Program-made: the position numbers and the translations under genes | The notes under the pieces: generated by a model | Databases searched by the model: none | What the model was told of the DNA's origin: nothing | What the model saw: only the letters and a program-made list of their open reading frames with translations | Assembly (NCBI GenBank): GCA_030248215.1 | Contig: JASANG010002509.1 | Coordinates: 434,001 to 498,000 of the forward strand | Length of the DNA: 64,000 nucleotides | Reading direction: 5' to 3' | DNA from: Enoplolaimus lenunculus | Taxonomy: Eukaryota | In this document: piece after piece, positions 12,868 to 26,684 of the stretch | Position numbering within the stretch: position 1 is the stretch's first letter | Layout of the letters: each line of letters opens with the position of its first letter

Positions 12868-13641
12868 ATGAAACCCATTTTTATTTTCGATGTCGACGGA
12901 ACGCTGACAGCGCCACGAAATAAGGTAAGCGCAGAAATGCTTCAGTTTCTTGCAAAACTACGCCAACAGGTCTCAGTGGCGATTGTTGGCGGATCAGATT
13001 TGGTGAAAATAATTGAACAATTGGCTGATTCAAAACAACAACTCATCGCAGCGTTTGATTATGTGTTTTCTGAAAACGGTGTTGTAGCGTATCGACGTGG
13101 CGTTGAACTGAACGCAGCAACAATACAAGCGCACGTTGGAGACGCTAAACTGCAACGTTTCATTAATCATTGCTTGCGACAGCTGTCCGACATTGAACTG
13201 CCGTGTAAACGTGGCAACTTTGTTGAGTTTCGACGAAGTATGATCAACATATCACCGATTGGTCGTAGCTGTTCACAAGCGGAACGTAACGCGTTTGCTG
13301 AATTCGATCAAAAACGCCGCATCCGCGAGAAATTAGTGGAAAATTTAAAACAACACTTCCCAGTCGACGAGTATGGGCTTCAATTTTCAATCGGTGGACA
13401 GATTAGCATCGATGTGTTTCCAGTTGGTTGGGACAAAACGTACTGTTTGAAATATCTGGTTGAAGACGGATTTGATACGATTCATTTTTTCGGTGACAAA
13501 ACTGGACCCGGTGGGAACGATTATGAAATTTTTGAAGACCAACGAACCGTTGGTCATACGGTGACGTCACCTGATGATACAATAGTTCAGGTGAACAAAT
13601 TGCTAAACGAGTTGGAACTCTCTGAATTGCGAGTGCGTTAG
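12868..13641 (+). CDS. pmm-2: Phosphomannomutase (eukaryotic HAD-family PMM), single exon, 257 aa
   Basis: HAD motif FDVDGTLT, plus VGGSD, FSENG, RGNFVEFR, NISPIGR, FSIGGQISIDVFPVGWDKTYCL and FFGDKTGPGGNDYEIF. Confidence 0.97.
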   Translation: MKPIFIFDVDGTLTAPRNKVSAEMLQFLAKLRQQVSVAIVGGSDLVKIIEQLADSKQQLIAAFDYVFSENGVVAYRRGVELNAATIQAHVGDAKLQRFINHCLRQLSDIELPCKRGNFVEFRRSMINISPIGRSCSQAERNAFAEFDQKRRIREKLVENLKQHFPVDEYGLQFSIGGQISIDVFPVGWDKTYCLKYLVEDGFDTIHFFGDKTGPGGNDYEIFEDQRTVGHTVTSPDDTIVQVNKLLNELELSELRVR

Positions 13642-14198
13642 AAATGCTGTACGTTATGCACGAATTTGGTTTGTATAGGGAAGCTGGAAGTCGGACCGAC
13701 ACGGGGGGGACCTAGGCGGCCGCTCCCTTTTGAAATGCTATATGAACAACTGCTTTGTTACGGCAGAAAAATAAAAGATGCCCACGTGATAAGCGTATAT
13801 TAAAAGCTAGCGTTTCCTGAAATAAATCTAGGGACCACAAGTGATAGTAAAAGGTATCAGAGCGATAAGCGAGTGAAAACTAGTAAACCGTTTTCGACCA
13901 AAAACGTGTCCGGTTTCAATTGTATAAGCACAAGCAACGTTGTTATTTTTAAGCTCATACTCTGCTTCAGACATATTTGTAACTTTCGACGAATCTGAAT
14001 GTACTTACGGCAAATTGCTATCCAAGGTATTTTTCTGCGCGTAAAAACGAAAAGTGTCATATGAGCTCGAGTATTTATTCAGTAAACTCAAAATAACCTT
14101 TATTTTCGCTACTCAAATAAACAACTGAACCTTTAAACAACGATATGCGCTGTCGATTATCTGTCATATGTTTACACACTTTATTGCTTAGGTTTCTG

Positions 14199-14436
14199 GG
14201 CCTATGTTACTTTTATGGGCGTAACAGTAGATTAAGCGTATTGCTGAGCCTAAGCCTCAGCCTAAGCGTTGCCAAAATGTGTTGGTATCTCTAAGCCTAA
14301 GCCTAAGCCTAAGCGTTGCCAAAATATGTTGGTATCTCTAAGCTTAAGCCTAAGCAAAAACTGTAATCTAGGATCTGAACCCACTCTTTTATAGACCCAC
14401 CAGAAACCTTTACGCCCCTTAAAGTAACCATGGGCC
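14199..14436. mobile_element. TTAGGC-carrying MITE, subfamily C
   Basis: TIR GGCC(A/T)ATGTTACTT.. / ..AAGTAAC(C)ATGGGCC; TSD ggtttctg/tgtttctg; internal GCCTAA repeats. Confidence 0.85.
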
Positions 14437-14813
14437 TGTTTCTGTAATATCATCTTTACTGCGGAATTAAATATTTAGTTCGTATGATAGCGGTCTACTT
14501 TACTTGGCTTCTGGCGCTCGCTGATGACTGGGTGTATCTCAGTAAAATAACATAAAAACGGCTCGTGTTCATTTGTTGCCCAAATCAATGATTAAGGTTT
14601 AGGCTTAGGAAATTGGAAAATCTTTAGGCTTTCGTTGAGGTAAGCCTTTTTCGAAGCCTAAGCTTGTGGGGGACAAGTGTACAAGAGCGTCAAAGTTTAG
14701 CTTTTCCGTTTTTTCTGTGTAAACAGTTCTTGTGTATTGTGACATGTTTTGCGTTTGTGTGATTTCGACCGCGGTTTATTAAATCGGCAATGTTGTCTAC
14801 ATATTGAAGAGCG

Positions 14814-14999
14814 GGCCCATGTATAGAACACGGCCGGAACAGTAGTATAAGCATATTCCTAAGCCTAAGCCTAAACTTATGGATGAGCCTATTCCTTAAA
14901 GTCTAAGCCTAAGCCTAAGCAAAAAATTAGTCTAAAGCTTAAACTGACTCTATTATAGCCGCTCCGGAAAACGATCCGGCCCTGTTCTATACATGGGCC
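14814..14999. mobile_element. TTAGGC-carrying MITE, subfamily A
   Basis: TIR GGCCCATGTATAGAACA.GGCCGGA; TSD gaagagcg/gaagagcc. Confidence 0.88.
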
Positions 15000-15307
15000 G
15001 AAGAGCCAGTAGGTAAGTAAAGGCAAGTTGCAATGCAACCGGCGGTATGCATCTCACAGTCACGGCGATGTACAATTTGCTTGAGTGTTAATACACTGTA
15101 TATCAGAGCAACAGTGGCAAGCGGACCCCACATTACAACCGTGTACCTATACAATTCCCGGCTTGGGTTGAATTTTTCGGTATGCTATAAAATTCTGTTA
15201 TTAATAAAATTAGATTAAAAATTCAGCATATTGAGCAGGGGGACTGATATTTATTTCGCCTCTCCAGGACTCACGCGCCGCTCGCCACCCTCCCTTCGGT
15301 ACTGATA

Positions 15308-15549
15308 CGCTGCAAAAATGGTTAGTCATACTCGATTCTCGCCGAAAGTCTTTTCGGGACTACACAATTTGAGTCAAAATTCGACTCCGCCGGAGTAAAG
15401 TTCGATTCACAGAATTCGACTCCGTCAGAGTCAAACGTGCAACTCAGTAAGTCGAATTTGACTCTGGCGGAGTCGAATTTTAACTCAACATGTCTAGTCC
15501 CGAAAAGCCTATTTCGGAGAGAGTCATTTGACTCACCGTTTTTGCAGTG
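15308..15549. mobile_element. palindromic CACTGCAAAAA-ended MITE (GAGTC/GACTC-rich)
   Basis: TA-flanked C(A/G)CTGCAAAAA / TTTTTGCAGTG ends. Other copies at 26937-27102, 29720-30268, 43905-44115 and 49470-49608. Confidence 0.8.
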
Positions 15550-17570
15550 TATGAGCATACTGACCCAAACTGAAATTTTTGAGGGAAAACTTATACTGTA
15601 GTGACCCGAATAATAGGGGGGACTGATATATATTTGGCCTCTCCAAAGTGTCCCCCCTTGTTATTCCGGTACAGACTGTTATTTATTTTTAACCCAACCT
15701 TCGTTACTGATATATATCAGGTATTGCAACTATCCGTTGAATTGAACGTTTGTTTGTCTTGTCTCAAAACCTTGAGCGATAACGCAAGGTTGTACTTAGG
15801 AATTACTTTCAGAACTTAAGTACGCTTTAAAGCGTCGAACTCACCTTTGTGAGTCGAATTTGAGTCGGTTTGGGTAGTTCGGAAAAGCCTATTTCAGAGC
15901 GTCAATTTGACTCAACAGTTTTGCATTGTAGAATCACTCATGCGCTACAACTAAGGATAATTTAATTGACTGTCAGGCGCAAATTCGCAGGTAAAAATCT
16001 TTATTTGATTGGATGAGGCGCGGGTCGGGTAAAGTCCTTACCCACATCCCACTTTCGGTAATTGTGGTAGCGCAACTCTTCTGCAATGCGAGATTGCCGT
16101 TATAACCGGGACAGGCGGGTCACGATATATCTTCGCGTGTTTATACAAAGTCGGAGGACAGCGGCATAGGATGTACTTTAAGATAACAGTTCAAGCTAAA
16201 CATTAGCCGTGTATAATGTACAGCTTGTGAATTTGGAGCAAATTTAAACGCTTAGATTGCTATTTTTCAAAAACGTAGGTTAAAAAAGTTTTTGACACTC
16301 GCCGTATTGTTAAAATTGACCAATTTTGTTGGGTTGCTGTAAATAAAAATGTGCCGCTTACGTTTCCACTCCAGTTGCAATATAAGGAATGGTTTTAAGG
16401 CTCAAGCAATGCTTCAATTTTTTCATTCAAAACACATGTAAGTTTATGCGCTTTAAATCCAAAATCAACTTTCGGTGCTTTACTACACATAAAGCATACA
16501 TATTGCAGCAACAGTCAACACAATACATCAAAATAAAGGGGAATGTTAAGTTACTACGAATCTTAAATTATTTCAAAAATTGAATCAAGAAATAAGACAG
16601 CAAGTGTGTTGTTCGTAGCTTAGATACCGAAAGTTATTTTATCATTGCGTTTAAAACCATGTAACTAAAAGTACACATAGCAGTACTGCAATGCTTGAAA
16701 GCGTTAAAGAAAATAAAAAAATATTTAATACATAATTGCAAATTGTATTGATAAACTGACCCGGTTCATTAGAACGCCACAAACAGACACAAAATAAGCA
16801 CACACACATTGCGCGAGATTGCAGTGGTATTGTATAGGCACAAAACAAGTGGATTCCTGGCCCCAAGTTAAGTATGTGTCGCAGGTTAAACTAACCGGAG
16901 CCGCATACCATACTGTTCCGGATATTACACATAATATATCTCAATAAAAACAAACAGAAAATCCACTAGTTACTAATTTCATAAAATTTGCTGTAATTTA
17001 AAATTGTAACGTCAGACCCAAAAGTCAGTGAAATAATGAAGATATTATCTTTCCGCACAAAATAAATCTACTCAACAGCGATTCCACTTCTCAGCAATAA
17101 ATATCAGGCCAAACTGAATACTGAACTGGGTTGTCATTTTCAGCTGATGAGAGAATAATGTTCAGCGGCGGCACCACAGAGCCCAGTTGTACAGATGGCA
17201 TTTACAACTCACTGTGAAAGACACACTTTTAGAAGACATTCAATTGCTACAAAATTTAAAAATATCCAACCAGTTTCAACAAACCAAAATCATGTGAATC
17301 AATCACGTCATGGCTGCTTTCAATACAGCAGTTCTTTTACTGCATCACAAAACCGTTCTTGGTTACAGTGCACTATATAAGTAAGAAGCAACGATGCGCG
17401 TTATATATAATAACAATATAAACGATATAATGTATTACATAAACTACTTCAAAATTTACATTTTAATAATCTACATACTTAATAATGACAAGGTGTATTT
17501 AACGCAACAACTTTGAAGATCAATGTGTCAAGTCAGTAGGTTTCTATAGCTTGAAAGCAACTTGCACAAT

Positions 17571-17792
<222 letters not shown>

Positions 17793-18464
17793 TTAGCTCA
17801 AAAATAACAAGTACTATTATAAAGTTGCATAAAGAAAACTGTTTAATTTACCGGATACCGGAACCGGATATTGAATTTTTTGCTACTGATAAACTGAAAT
17901 TATTAAATGCAAAAATGCGAGTGAAAAAACTATCAAAACTAGACCTTCTTGATTTGCCAAGAAATGTAATCGCGTCAAGATGTTAAAGACGCTCACTTGT
18001 AAAAAGCAGTTATGATATCCGGCACCACAAACGTAAATATCCGGTAGAGTTATACCGGATACCGGACAGAGATGGGCGGTTTGTCTCGGCAAGTACCGGT
18101 ATTTGGCTGGTCCCGATCTCGCTTATTTCAGTTTCGGTGGTTTGCAACTGGAGACCAAAAAGGTGATAAAGCGATACATAATCGCCGAATTTTCCTTGGG
18201 TTGCAGCTTTTGCCCGGAAGTAAATACATTGATTTTATTGTGACAAACCACAATTAGTTGCACTTCCGCGTTTAAAACATTTAAGGCATCGCCAAGGTGC
18301 AACCGGAATCATAAGTTAGCAGAATAAAAATTTCAAAAATTAACGTAAATGGAACCGCAAAATGAAAAATACATGCCGCAGAAAAATTCATTTCAATTTT
18401 CTTTTTTGCGATATTATTGGTGAAATAACCCTGGGCATCGTGTAAAAAATTGTGGGTCATCTGC

Positions 18465-18859
18465 CATGGTGCAACAGAAATTATAATTTACCGAAACCGG
18501 AATTTGAAAAATTAACCGGAAACGGAACTGGAAAAAGAATAATATATGCCACACAAAAATTCATTTTAATTTTCATTTCCTCATAATTATTGATGAAAAA
18601 TAACCCTAGTTGGAGATAGGTATTAACTTTATCTGCTGTGTTTTAGATTTTCATAATCCACGAAAGCGAAATTTACCTTCGATGGTTTATTTTGGCGTTT
18701 GTCAAGGTTTGCATACGTACTGTACTCTGTACTAATTAAGTCTAGTAAATTTTTATCATTTTCTAGCAAAATATCTTAATTACAACCTACCAAATTTTAA
18801 TGCCGGAACTGTTAATTCCCGTAAAAATTTACCGGAACCGGAATTCCGGTTGCACAATG
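18465..18859. mobile_element. hAT-like MITE (4320 family) in the LC8 intron
   Basis: CATGGTGCAAC / GGTTGCACAATG termini; TSD tcatctgc/gcatctgc. Further fragments at ~18293 and ~19000-19208. Confidence 0.75.
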
Positions 18860-20476
18860 GCATCTGCATTTATAACGTCACGCTATGGTAAAGTCTCCAG
18901 TCTATTCAGTTTGCCTTAATTGTACGAAACGGCAATTTAAAGCAGCAGGAATGTGCGGTCTCGGTCAAAAAAGCGAGAGTACGACCAACGTTTCACTGAA
19001 GTAAAATGTTCCTTCGATGCTTTATTTTCGGGTTTTGTAAAGGTTTATATACGATACTAATGAAATTTAATTTTTATTATCGTCGTTTTTAGTAAAACAT
19101 CTCAAATACCAGCGATTAAAATTTAATACTGGAATTTTTAATCCGGTAAAACTTTACCGGATTCGGAAGGTGGAAAAATGCCGGAACCGGAATTCCGGTT
19201 ACACTCTGTTGAAATCAGTAGAAAAGTTTATTGGAATCGGATGTCATCCGATAATACGTACGTATATACGCATACACATCGAAATTTTGATTAGTGTTTT
19301 GCCCATGATATGCGTAGTCAATTTGTTCCTGTGTACGACGAGACAGGGTGCAACCGGAATTCCGATTCCAAATGCACAATCAATCGGAATTATGGAATTT
19401 TAATTTTAATCCTATATACTTGTTGTGATGTGTTGCGTAAAAATTCTGTCTCATTTATCTATTAAACTGCTTTTGATGAGTTAACTTATGGCTAATTGCT
19501 AGTAGTTTAGCTTTACGCCACCAGAAATCATCGCCAATTTGTTCATGCCACATTTTTGAAAATTGTTGCCAGCCAACAGACACCCCAAATCAATATTATA
19601 TTTGCAATATAAATGTATCCGTGTAATCATAAAAGCAGGTTTGAACCAGAATTCCTGCAATAATTCAATTTTTGTTCCCGCAGTCAACGATGCAGGAACC
19701 AGAATTTTCACGGTTTTGTGGTAAATTATTTTTAGTCATTTCAGTAGTGAAAACTTTGTCTTTGAAAAATTATTTCGAAATGTGTGTTTTTAAAATGAAG
19801 GAAATGGCTAAAATAGTTTGGTTTCGCTGGCATTGAACTAGGGAAAGTGTAGTTCCCGGCAAGGTGCAAAGCGGTATTGGATTATACGGGAATCAGAATC
19901 GAAGCAGTAAATTTTTTGATTGTAAGAATAATTGAAAAGGTCGCATGAACAAATTGGCGGTGTTTTTGGTTTTGTAAAGCTGGAATCACAATAAATTCTT
20001 GATAAGTTAATTCATCGAAAGCAATATTGCCGATACTTTTTGCGCACATAATTCGGTTGGAATGCTCTTAGTTACATTTCTGGGCTCATAATGATTTTGT
20101 CAACTTGGCTGTGTTTGTACTATTTATACTAAATGCATATTGTGTCGTGCTTTCGGTCCAAATAAACTTCTTGTATCTTGTATATCAGTGTGTGTGGTCA
20201 GGAAAACTGTTACCTCTTTTGCGTTTATTTGAACAATTAATTGAAATGAACCGTTCTATAAAATTCTAATCGTTTATGTTGGTTACGGTTTAAGCCTTCA
20301 TATACTGATATAATGTAGTGTTCTATCTGTTTATTAAGCATGGTTTACTAGTTGGAATCGGCATCAGCATCGGCAAAATTTCAAAATAATGATCGGCATC
20401 GGTATCGGCAAAATTTTTGGTATCGGCATATCCCTATGGCTAATGTCCAAAAAATTACATTTCAAGGCTAAAATTA

Positions 20477-20734
<258 letters not shown>

Positions 20735-21059
20735 TTATGCACTATTGGATATATAAATTATGTAAGATATACCTTACAAAGTAAAATTTTGCAACTATAA
20801 TCCAGGGTTAAACCGGAATCCAAAAAATACAACAGCCGTTTATTTATGTGCATATTACATTCAACTGCACTCATTGAAGTACGTATTTATTTTAACATTA
20901 CGAACAAAATCCACCGCGAAATAGTGAGTTTGGCCATAAATAACTGGATACGTAATAAACTTATGTCCCACTTTTTAGCAACCAATATATGGCAACGAAT
21001 AATCCGGTTGTACGCTGCATTACATACATACTGCAGGGTGCAACCGGAGGGATTTAGGT

Positions 21060-21192
21060 CGGTCCAACCGACCAGATTCCGGGATCTGGCCCGGTACACA
21101 CCGACCATATTTCGGGATCTAACCCGTCCACACCGTTCATATCCAGGGATCTGGCCCAATCCACACCGACCAGATTCCGGGATTTGTCCCGG
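21060..21192. repeat. degenerate ~30-bp tandem repeat (CCGACCAGATTCCGGGATCTGGC-like, ~4 units)
   Basis: Visible periodicity immediately after a CAGGGTGCAACCGG TIR at ~21034. Confidence 0.6.
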
Positions 21193-22239
21193 TCAACATC
21201 ACTAATAAAATTACACCTTACATATCATTTGCAGCTAACAAAAGTGTTGTGGACATGCTCGATTTTTATGGGCAATATATTTTAGAGTAAAAACAAGTAA
21301 TAGGTGGCATAATTTAGTAATTTCTAGCATCAAATTAAGGGGATCGACATAAAATCTCTAATTTAAATGGTTCCACTTTCCCTTCCTGCTCCATCCCGGT
21401 TGTTCCGGTCGTAAAATAATGCATGGAAGAAAAAATGAACCACTCGTGAGGTATATAATTATACAGGAAGCAATTTACATTGAAGATTAATACATCACTG
21501 GTAATAAACGGTTTCAACAGTGAGACAAAGAGCAACACATTGGCGGTTCTAAATATAATTGGGCTTCTGACTAAAATATCTGATTCCACGGCAACCATCA
21601 CTGTAACACATATACGTCGTTTATTGGTTAACGAAGTGAAATACGATAAGCTGATTGGCTGGCTATCAAAACCTTGTCAAAAATGATTGGATGGCACTCT
21701 GTTTACTTCTTCCTGCAGGTAACTGTTCTGAGCAGTGATTGGCGCAGATATATGAAAGGTGGAGTTTATAATTTCAAAAACAAAATTTATTCAAAACCAC
21801 ACCTTTTTAGTATTGTTTGTCGAGAATGGAAACATATTTTAATTCGACCAGTAACTATTCAATACTGTTTGGAATATACTGAAAACAACCTGGCATTTGT
21901 TCTCATTATTTTGATATATAGTTAAGCCTAGATGCGCAAAAGATTGCAGATTTTCGCTCACTTCAACTAATTTCTCAAGCGGAATTCTAAAAGAATTTTA
22001 CAACAACCAAAGGGCCGAACTATCAAATGTGTGAAGTGAGGTCGTGAATTGACGACCGACCAGTAAAACTGGTGATGGATGCAATACAAATTCGAGATTG
22101 GCGCGCAGACACACTTACTGAAAAATTTAGACATAACCCTTTCACTCAGAGTATACTATGAGCAACTAAATACAATAATGTACGAGCAATACACACACCC
22201 TGAGCAGTGTGTAACATAACATAGATGTGCAGTGCAAAA

Positions 22240-22350
22240 TCTCCACAAGACGTGAGAGCCTACTCGGGCTCGAGCGTCAAGCTCCTATAGCTCAATGGTC
22301 ATCGTAAACGCCTCCCAACCGTGAGACTGGGGATCGAATTTCACTTCACC
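22240..22350 (+). repeat. tRNA-like (A/B box) dispersed repeat
   Basis: A box TAGCTCAATGG (22288-22298) and B-box-like GGATCGAATTTC. An inverted homologue lies at 24391-24505. Confidence 0.55.
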
Positions 22351-22528
22351 TACGCTTTCACCTCCGGCTCCGACAAATTTTATGGACCTCCGACTCCTGC
22401 TCTGGTTCTCGTGTTAGGTTTCATATGTTGTCTGTATTTTTGTTTAACAGGCAGGTTTTTCTTGTAAAATATACCTATGCGAACGACTAACGCATGAACT
22501 TTTTTAAACCAGCGCTGCCGGAAACTAA

Positions 22529-22650
22529 CAGGGTGCAACCTGAGGTGAAAAATACCGGAGCCGGAGATCAACAAAACTTGCCGGAGCCGGAACTGGAGGC
22601 CGATTTTCCGCCGGAGCCGGAGCCGGAGGCAGACCTCCGGTTGTAACCTG
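22529..22650. mobile_element. short hAT-like MITE (CCGGAG-rich subfamily)
   Basis: CAGGGTGCAACC / GGTTGTAACCTG termini; flanks gaaactaa/gaaagtac. Confidence 0.7.
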
Positions 22651-23614
22651 GAAAGTACAGCAAAAAAATTCTTGCGGAGCCAGACGTCGACATCCTACCG
22701 AGGTCAGAAAGGAGGCCAGACGTCTATCAGGTATGTGGAGAAGAAAATATTGCTTGTTTTCAATTTTGAATAATTTTTTTACAAAATTCTATCCTATTTT
22801 TAGGTCCACAGCCACGGTGTACGAAAGATGCGAGCACACCATACGAACATATCTGAGACCTCTGTCCATACTATAAAATTAAAACATTTTTCAGTTCGAA
22901 AAAATTTTCGCCATACTCCCCTGTAAAATCAAAACTATATCGGGTTCCCAAGCCTTGTGAGAACAGTTATTATCGGCCGTAAAAATTCTAAACTATCATT
23001 TCCTATATAGGATATTAATACTCATTTGTTTCGGCTGCCGTCGGATCATTTTACCATTTCTTGAAAATAACATTTTTGCCTCTGATGCAAATATTAGCTT
23101 TCGTGTTGGTTTTTCTGCAAGTTAAAAAGTGAAAATGTATGCTTGCGGGTTATATTGAATTCCGGTTCTATAAAAGTAGCTTGTGAACAGCATCATCACA
23201 CATATGACATAAGCAATTCGTTCAACTTGATGATGGCTTACTCAAGCGCTAATGTTGGATGTGCAAATTTTATACAAATTACCTGTTTTGTTCCCGTTTA
23301 ATGCGTTTCTTGTGCAGCGGTATAATGGCGCAGTTTGGATCAAATGGATCAGTTTGCATGATTTCATCAAACCGCCATAATATTGCCTTCTACACCGCCC
23401 TAATCATTTATATATTTTATATTGTCGATATAAGGGATGTTTCGGTACTTAGTCTCTTGTTCCGGAAAATTTTCCGAGTTTAGCATTCAAGGTATAACTA
23501 AGTCGCACTGTTGGCTTTGACGCAGTCGAAATAAACTCAGTTTGTGCAGTCTCGTAAAGCCTATTTCGGAGAGATTCAATTTGACTTACCATTTTTTGCA
23601 GTGTGCACGCTATA

Positions 23615-24060
23615 CTGTATTGACCCGAATAAGAGGGGGAGGGGTAATAAGAAGGGGTCCCATTTTGAGTCCGAATCAATTGGAGTCCATATCCCTAATA
23701 AGAGTTCGCAATCTGGTAGAGTCCCTAAATCCTAATTAGAGTCCATGAAGGTCAGTTATTTCTAACTGTAGTGCATAACTGACTCCAGGTCCAAATAATT
23801 TGACGTCGAAACTTGAAAGCGTACTTAAATTTTGATAGTACATTCCTATAAGTATAACCTTGTATTATCGCTCAAGCTATTGACACAAGACAAAAAACGT
23901 TTAATTCAACAGATAGTTGCAGTAACGAAGATATATCAGTAACGAAGGGCGGCGGAGCGCGGGATAAAAATAAATAACAGTCCGTAACCGCATAAACAAG
24001 GGGGTATCCTCTGGAGAGGCCAAATAAACATCAGTCCCCCTCTTATTCGGGTCACTACAG
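23615..24060. mobile_element. TA-flanked MITE with CTGTAGTGACCCGAATAAGAGG TIRs (Tc1/mariner-pogo-like)
   Basis: ~25-bp TIRs with TA on both sides. Copies at ~15596-15830 (partial), 37269-37714 and ~53605-54004. Confidence 0.8.
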
Positions 24061-24390
24061 TACAAATTCGATAATATAGGCTCATATTTTAGATCCATAA
24101 CCGTAATTTGTTTAACGTTACGCAACTTGCAAGTTGCAGAAAAACCTGTTTCCACAACTATAAAACACTGGTTTCGGTTCAGTTTCATAAATCACTGAAT
24201 GGTATTTTTTGACCAAATGAATTGAAATATACCGAATCTTGAACAACCTCAATAAGTATGCTTTTACTATACGCAATCGTACTATTACTTGCACTGGGAC
24301 AAGTAGTACAGGTAGGTCTATGGCTGAAGTAAGCTTCTTAACCCTTTATCACATGAATATTTTCTATTTCATCTGAGGCCTATTTTTATG

Positions 24391-24505
24391 CTAGGATTCG
24401 AGCTCCAGTGACTGGAGTGGGAGGCGTTTATGATCACCACTCAGCTATAGGAGCTTGACGTTCGAACCCGAGGTGACTCTCACGTCTTGTGGTGATTTAG
24501 TACTA
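24391..24505 (-). repeat. tRNA-like (A/B box) dispersed repeat, inverted copy
   Basis: On the minus strand: TAGCTGAGTGG and GCTCGAATCC boxes, with the same upstream leader as 22240-22280. Confidence 0.55.
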
Positions 24506-25598
24506 TGTATAAGTGCTGCAATTGTTAAACACTGTGCGATATATATTATTTAACGTATATACACTGCGCTGAGTTGCCCATAGTCAACTCTATGTGAGAA
24601 GGGGTTAAACTTATGGACGCAACCATACTTGCTTTTGAAAACAGAGTGACACTCATCAAAAATGTTGAAGGAGGTCTGTTGTATACCAACTGAAAAATTT
24701 TTAAAATTCCTGGAGAAACATCACAAAGCGGGCTTGACGAATACACTCTAACCTCTTGCTTTAAGCTGAAATTTTTGTTACAGTAACGGTGTGGAGTAGT
24801 AGCCAACGCAGAGTAGGAGGCCTCAGAGTTTGCGCCTAAAATGTTTCGCCATCCTTGAAAATTTTTTAAACTCGTTTGCAGCTATTAGTCATTTCGTATG
24901 GCCAATATTTTTAAATCCACCGTAGGATGTAGGGCTAGCTAGCGTAGGCACGTAGCCACGGGACTATGAAGTCCACATCGCTAATCCATAAAACCAAAAA
25001 ACGGTCATTTAAAATTTGAAACTCTGTCAAAGTTTTGCAACCTTAGTTTCTAATCCTTCTAAACTCTGTCCTTATTTTCTCTGTAACTCCTGCAACGCCC
25101 GACATTCCTTCCAATTGAAAATGTTAGAAAACACGTCGGAAACTCGCTACGGACGTGATCACATACCCGTAGCCAGGTGACCTTGTTAGGTGAGATAAAA
25201 ACTTTTCAGAAGGACAAGGGTTTTCGTTGACTTACAAACGAAACAATGTTGAAATTTTTCTGAGGGGGTCAATATTGTTTCAGGAGGGGTTGAGTCCCCC
25301 TGGCTCTCTTTGGCTATGGGCCCGCGTGAATGGTATACTTTAATTCCATTTGAGGAAGCTTTAACTGTCAAGATTAGTAGTTCTACTTATATAAATTTTC
25401 GGGATATCTGAAAAAGAAAGGGCAAATTAAACTCAAAAACGGCAGGTTATAATTTACGGAAGGCGTTGAACTGTGGACATTACGGTAATGAATTTGGACA
25501 TTCCGCTACATGCGAGTCGCCCAGGCCGTGATCCCAACAGGGAATAAAACTAAAATTTTGTGTAAATGATTTAGTACTAAAATAGCGTTTGCTTCCTC

Positions 25599-25872
25599 GG
25601 CCCATGCAAATATTAGATGCGGAACGTTTTTCTGTGGTGCTAGAATGAAGTATAGACCAATTTTCTACCTGATTTAAGCTTAGGCTTAGGAATATGTTCA
25701 TTCTTACGCATAGACTAAGGCTTAGGCTTAGGCTTAGGCTTAGGAATATGCTCATTCTTACGCATAGACTAAGGCTAAGGCTTAGGCTTAGGCTTAGGCT
25801 TAGTCTTAGGCTTAGGAATATGCTCATTCTCACGCATAGACTAAGGCTCAGGCTTAGGCTTAGGCTTAGGCT
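25599..25872. mobile_element. TTAGGC-carrying MITE (subfamily B) remnant with internal tandem amplification
   Basis: One degenerate TIR, then three units of TTAGGAATATG(C/T)TCATTCT(T/C)ACGCATAGACTAAGGC(TTAGGC)n. Confidence 0.75.
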
Positions 25873-26471
25873 TTTCTTCGATTTCAGTTTCATTGCTACT
25901 AGCTTGAATTGCTCAACCTTTTTCAGCCGGCAATGCAGCATGACGAAATCAACATACAACCGTACATTGGAGCAGCGGCAGGTCTGTTGGATCGTTTATC
26001 AGACAAAAAATCAGCAGTCAGCGATGATAAGCGATACGTAATTAGCGATGACACAAGCGGTGTGGTTGACTTGTTCGGTGATATGCGTCAAGCGGGTTGG
26101 TTGTCACGAAAACGATCTGGTTTATTTCGGTGATATGAAAAAAAAAGAACTGGGTGTTTGAACCAGAAAACACAAATTGAACCCGATAAATTTTAATTGG
26201 AAAATATTCCTTGTCGTCTATGTTTACCAGTTTATTACCAAGTGAATCACGTTACGGTATAATTGAAGTTTAATAGTAAAAACGATGGCAGAAAATGCAA
26301 GAGCCCTTCAATACATAACTCGTGTACTCTTCCCTTTTCGCAGACTTAAGCTTAAGCTTTGGCTTAGGGAGTTTTGGAACGGGCCTATCTAAGCCTATTA
26401 TCCTAAGCCTAATTTTTATCTAACACTAAGCTTGAGCCTACTCCATAGCCTATGCGTGCCTTAACCTTGAC

Positions 26472-26684
26472 GGCCAATGTAAAGAACAGGGGCGAAACAG
26501 TATTATTAGATTACCCTAATCCTAAGCCTAAGCCTAAGTCTAAGCTTAAACGTAAGAATGAGCATATTCCTAAGCCCAAACCGAAGTCTAAGCCTAAGCC
26601 AAGCAAATATATTAGTCTAAAGCTTAAGATTACACTATTGCAGTCCCAGAGAAAAACTTTCCGCCCCTGATCTTTACATGGGCC
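26472..26684. mobile_element. TTAGGC-carrying MITE, subfamily B
   Basis: TIR GGCCAATGTAAAGAACAGGGGCG / CGCCCCTGATCTTTACATGGGCC; exact TSD accttgac. Confidence 0.92.

Noticed and set aside
25480..26041. ORFs with LRLRLR / LSLSLS / PKPKPK / LGLGLG runs (also at 12360, 26452, 32348, 34680, 40320, 44328, 57255)
   Set aside because: These are translations of TTAGGC/GCCTAA arrays inside MITEs or telomeric tracts, not genes.
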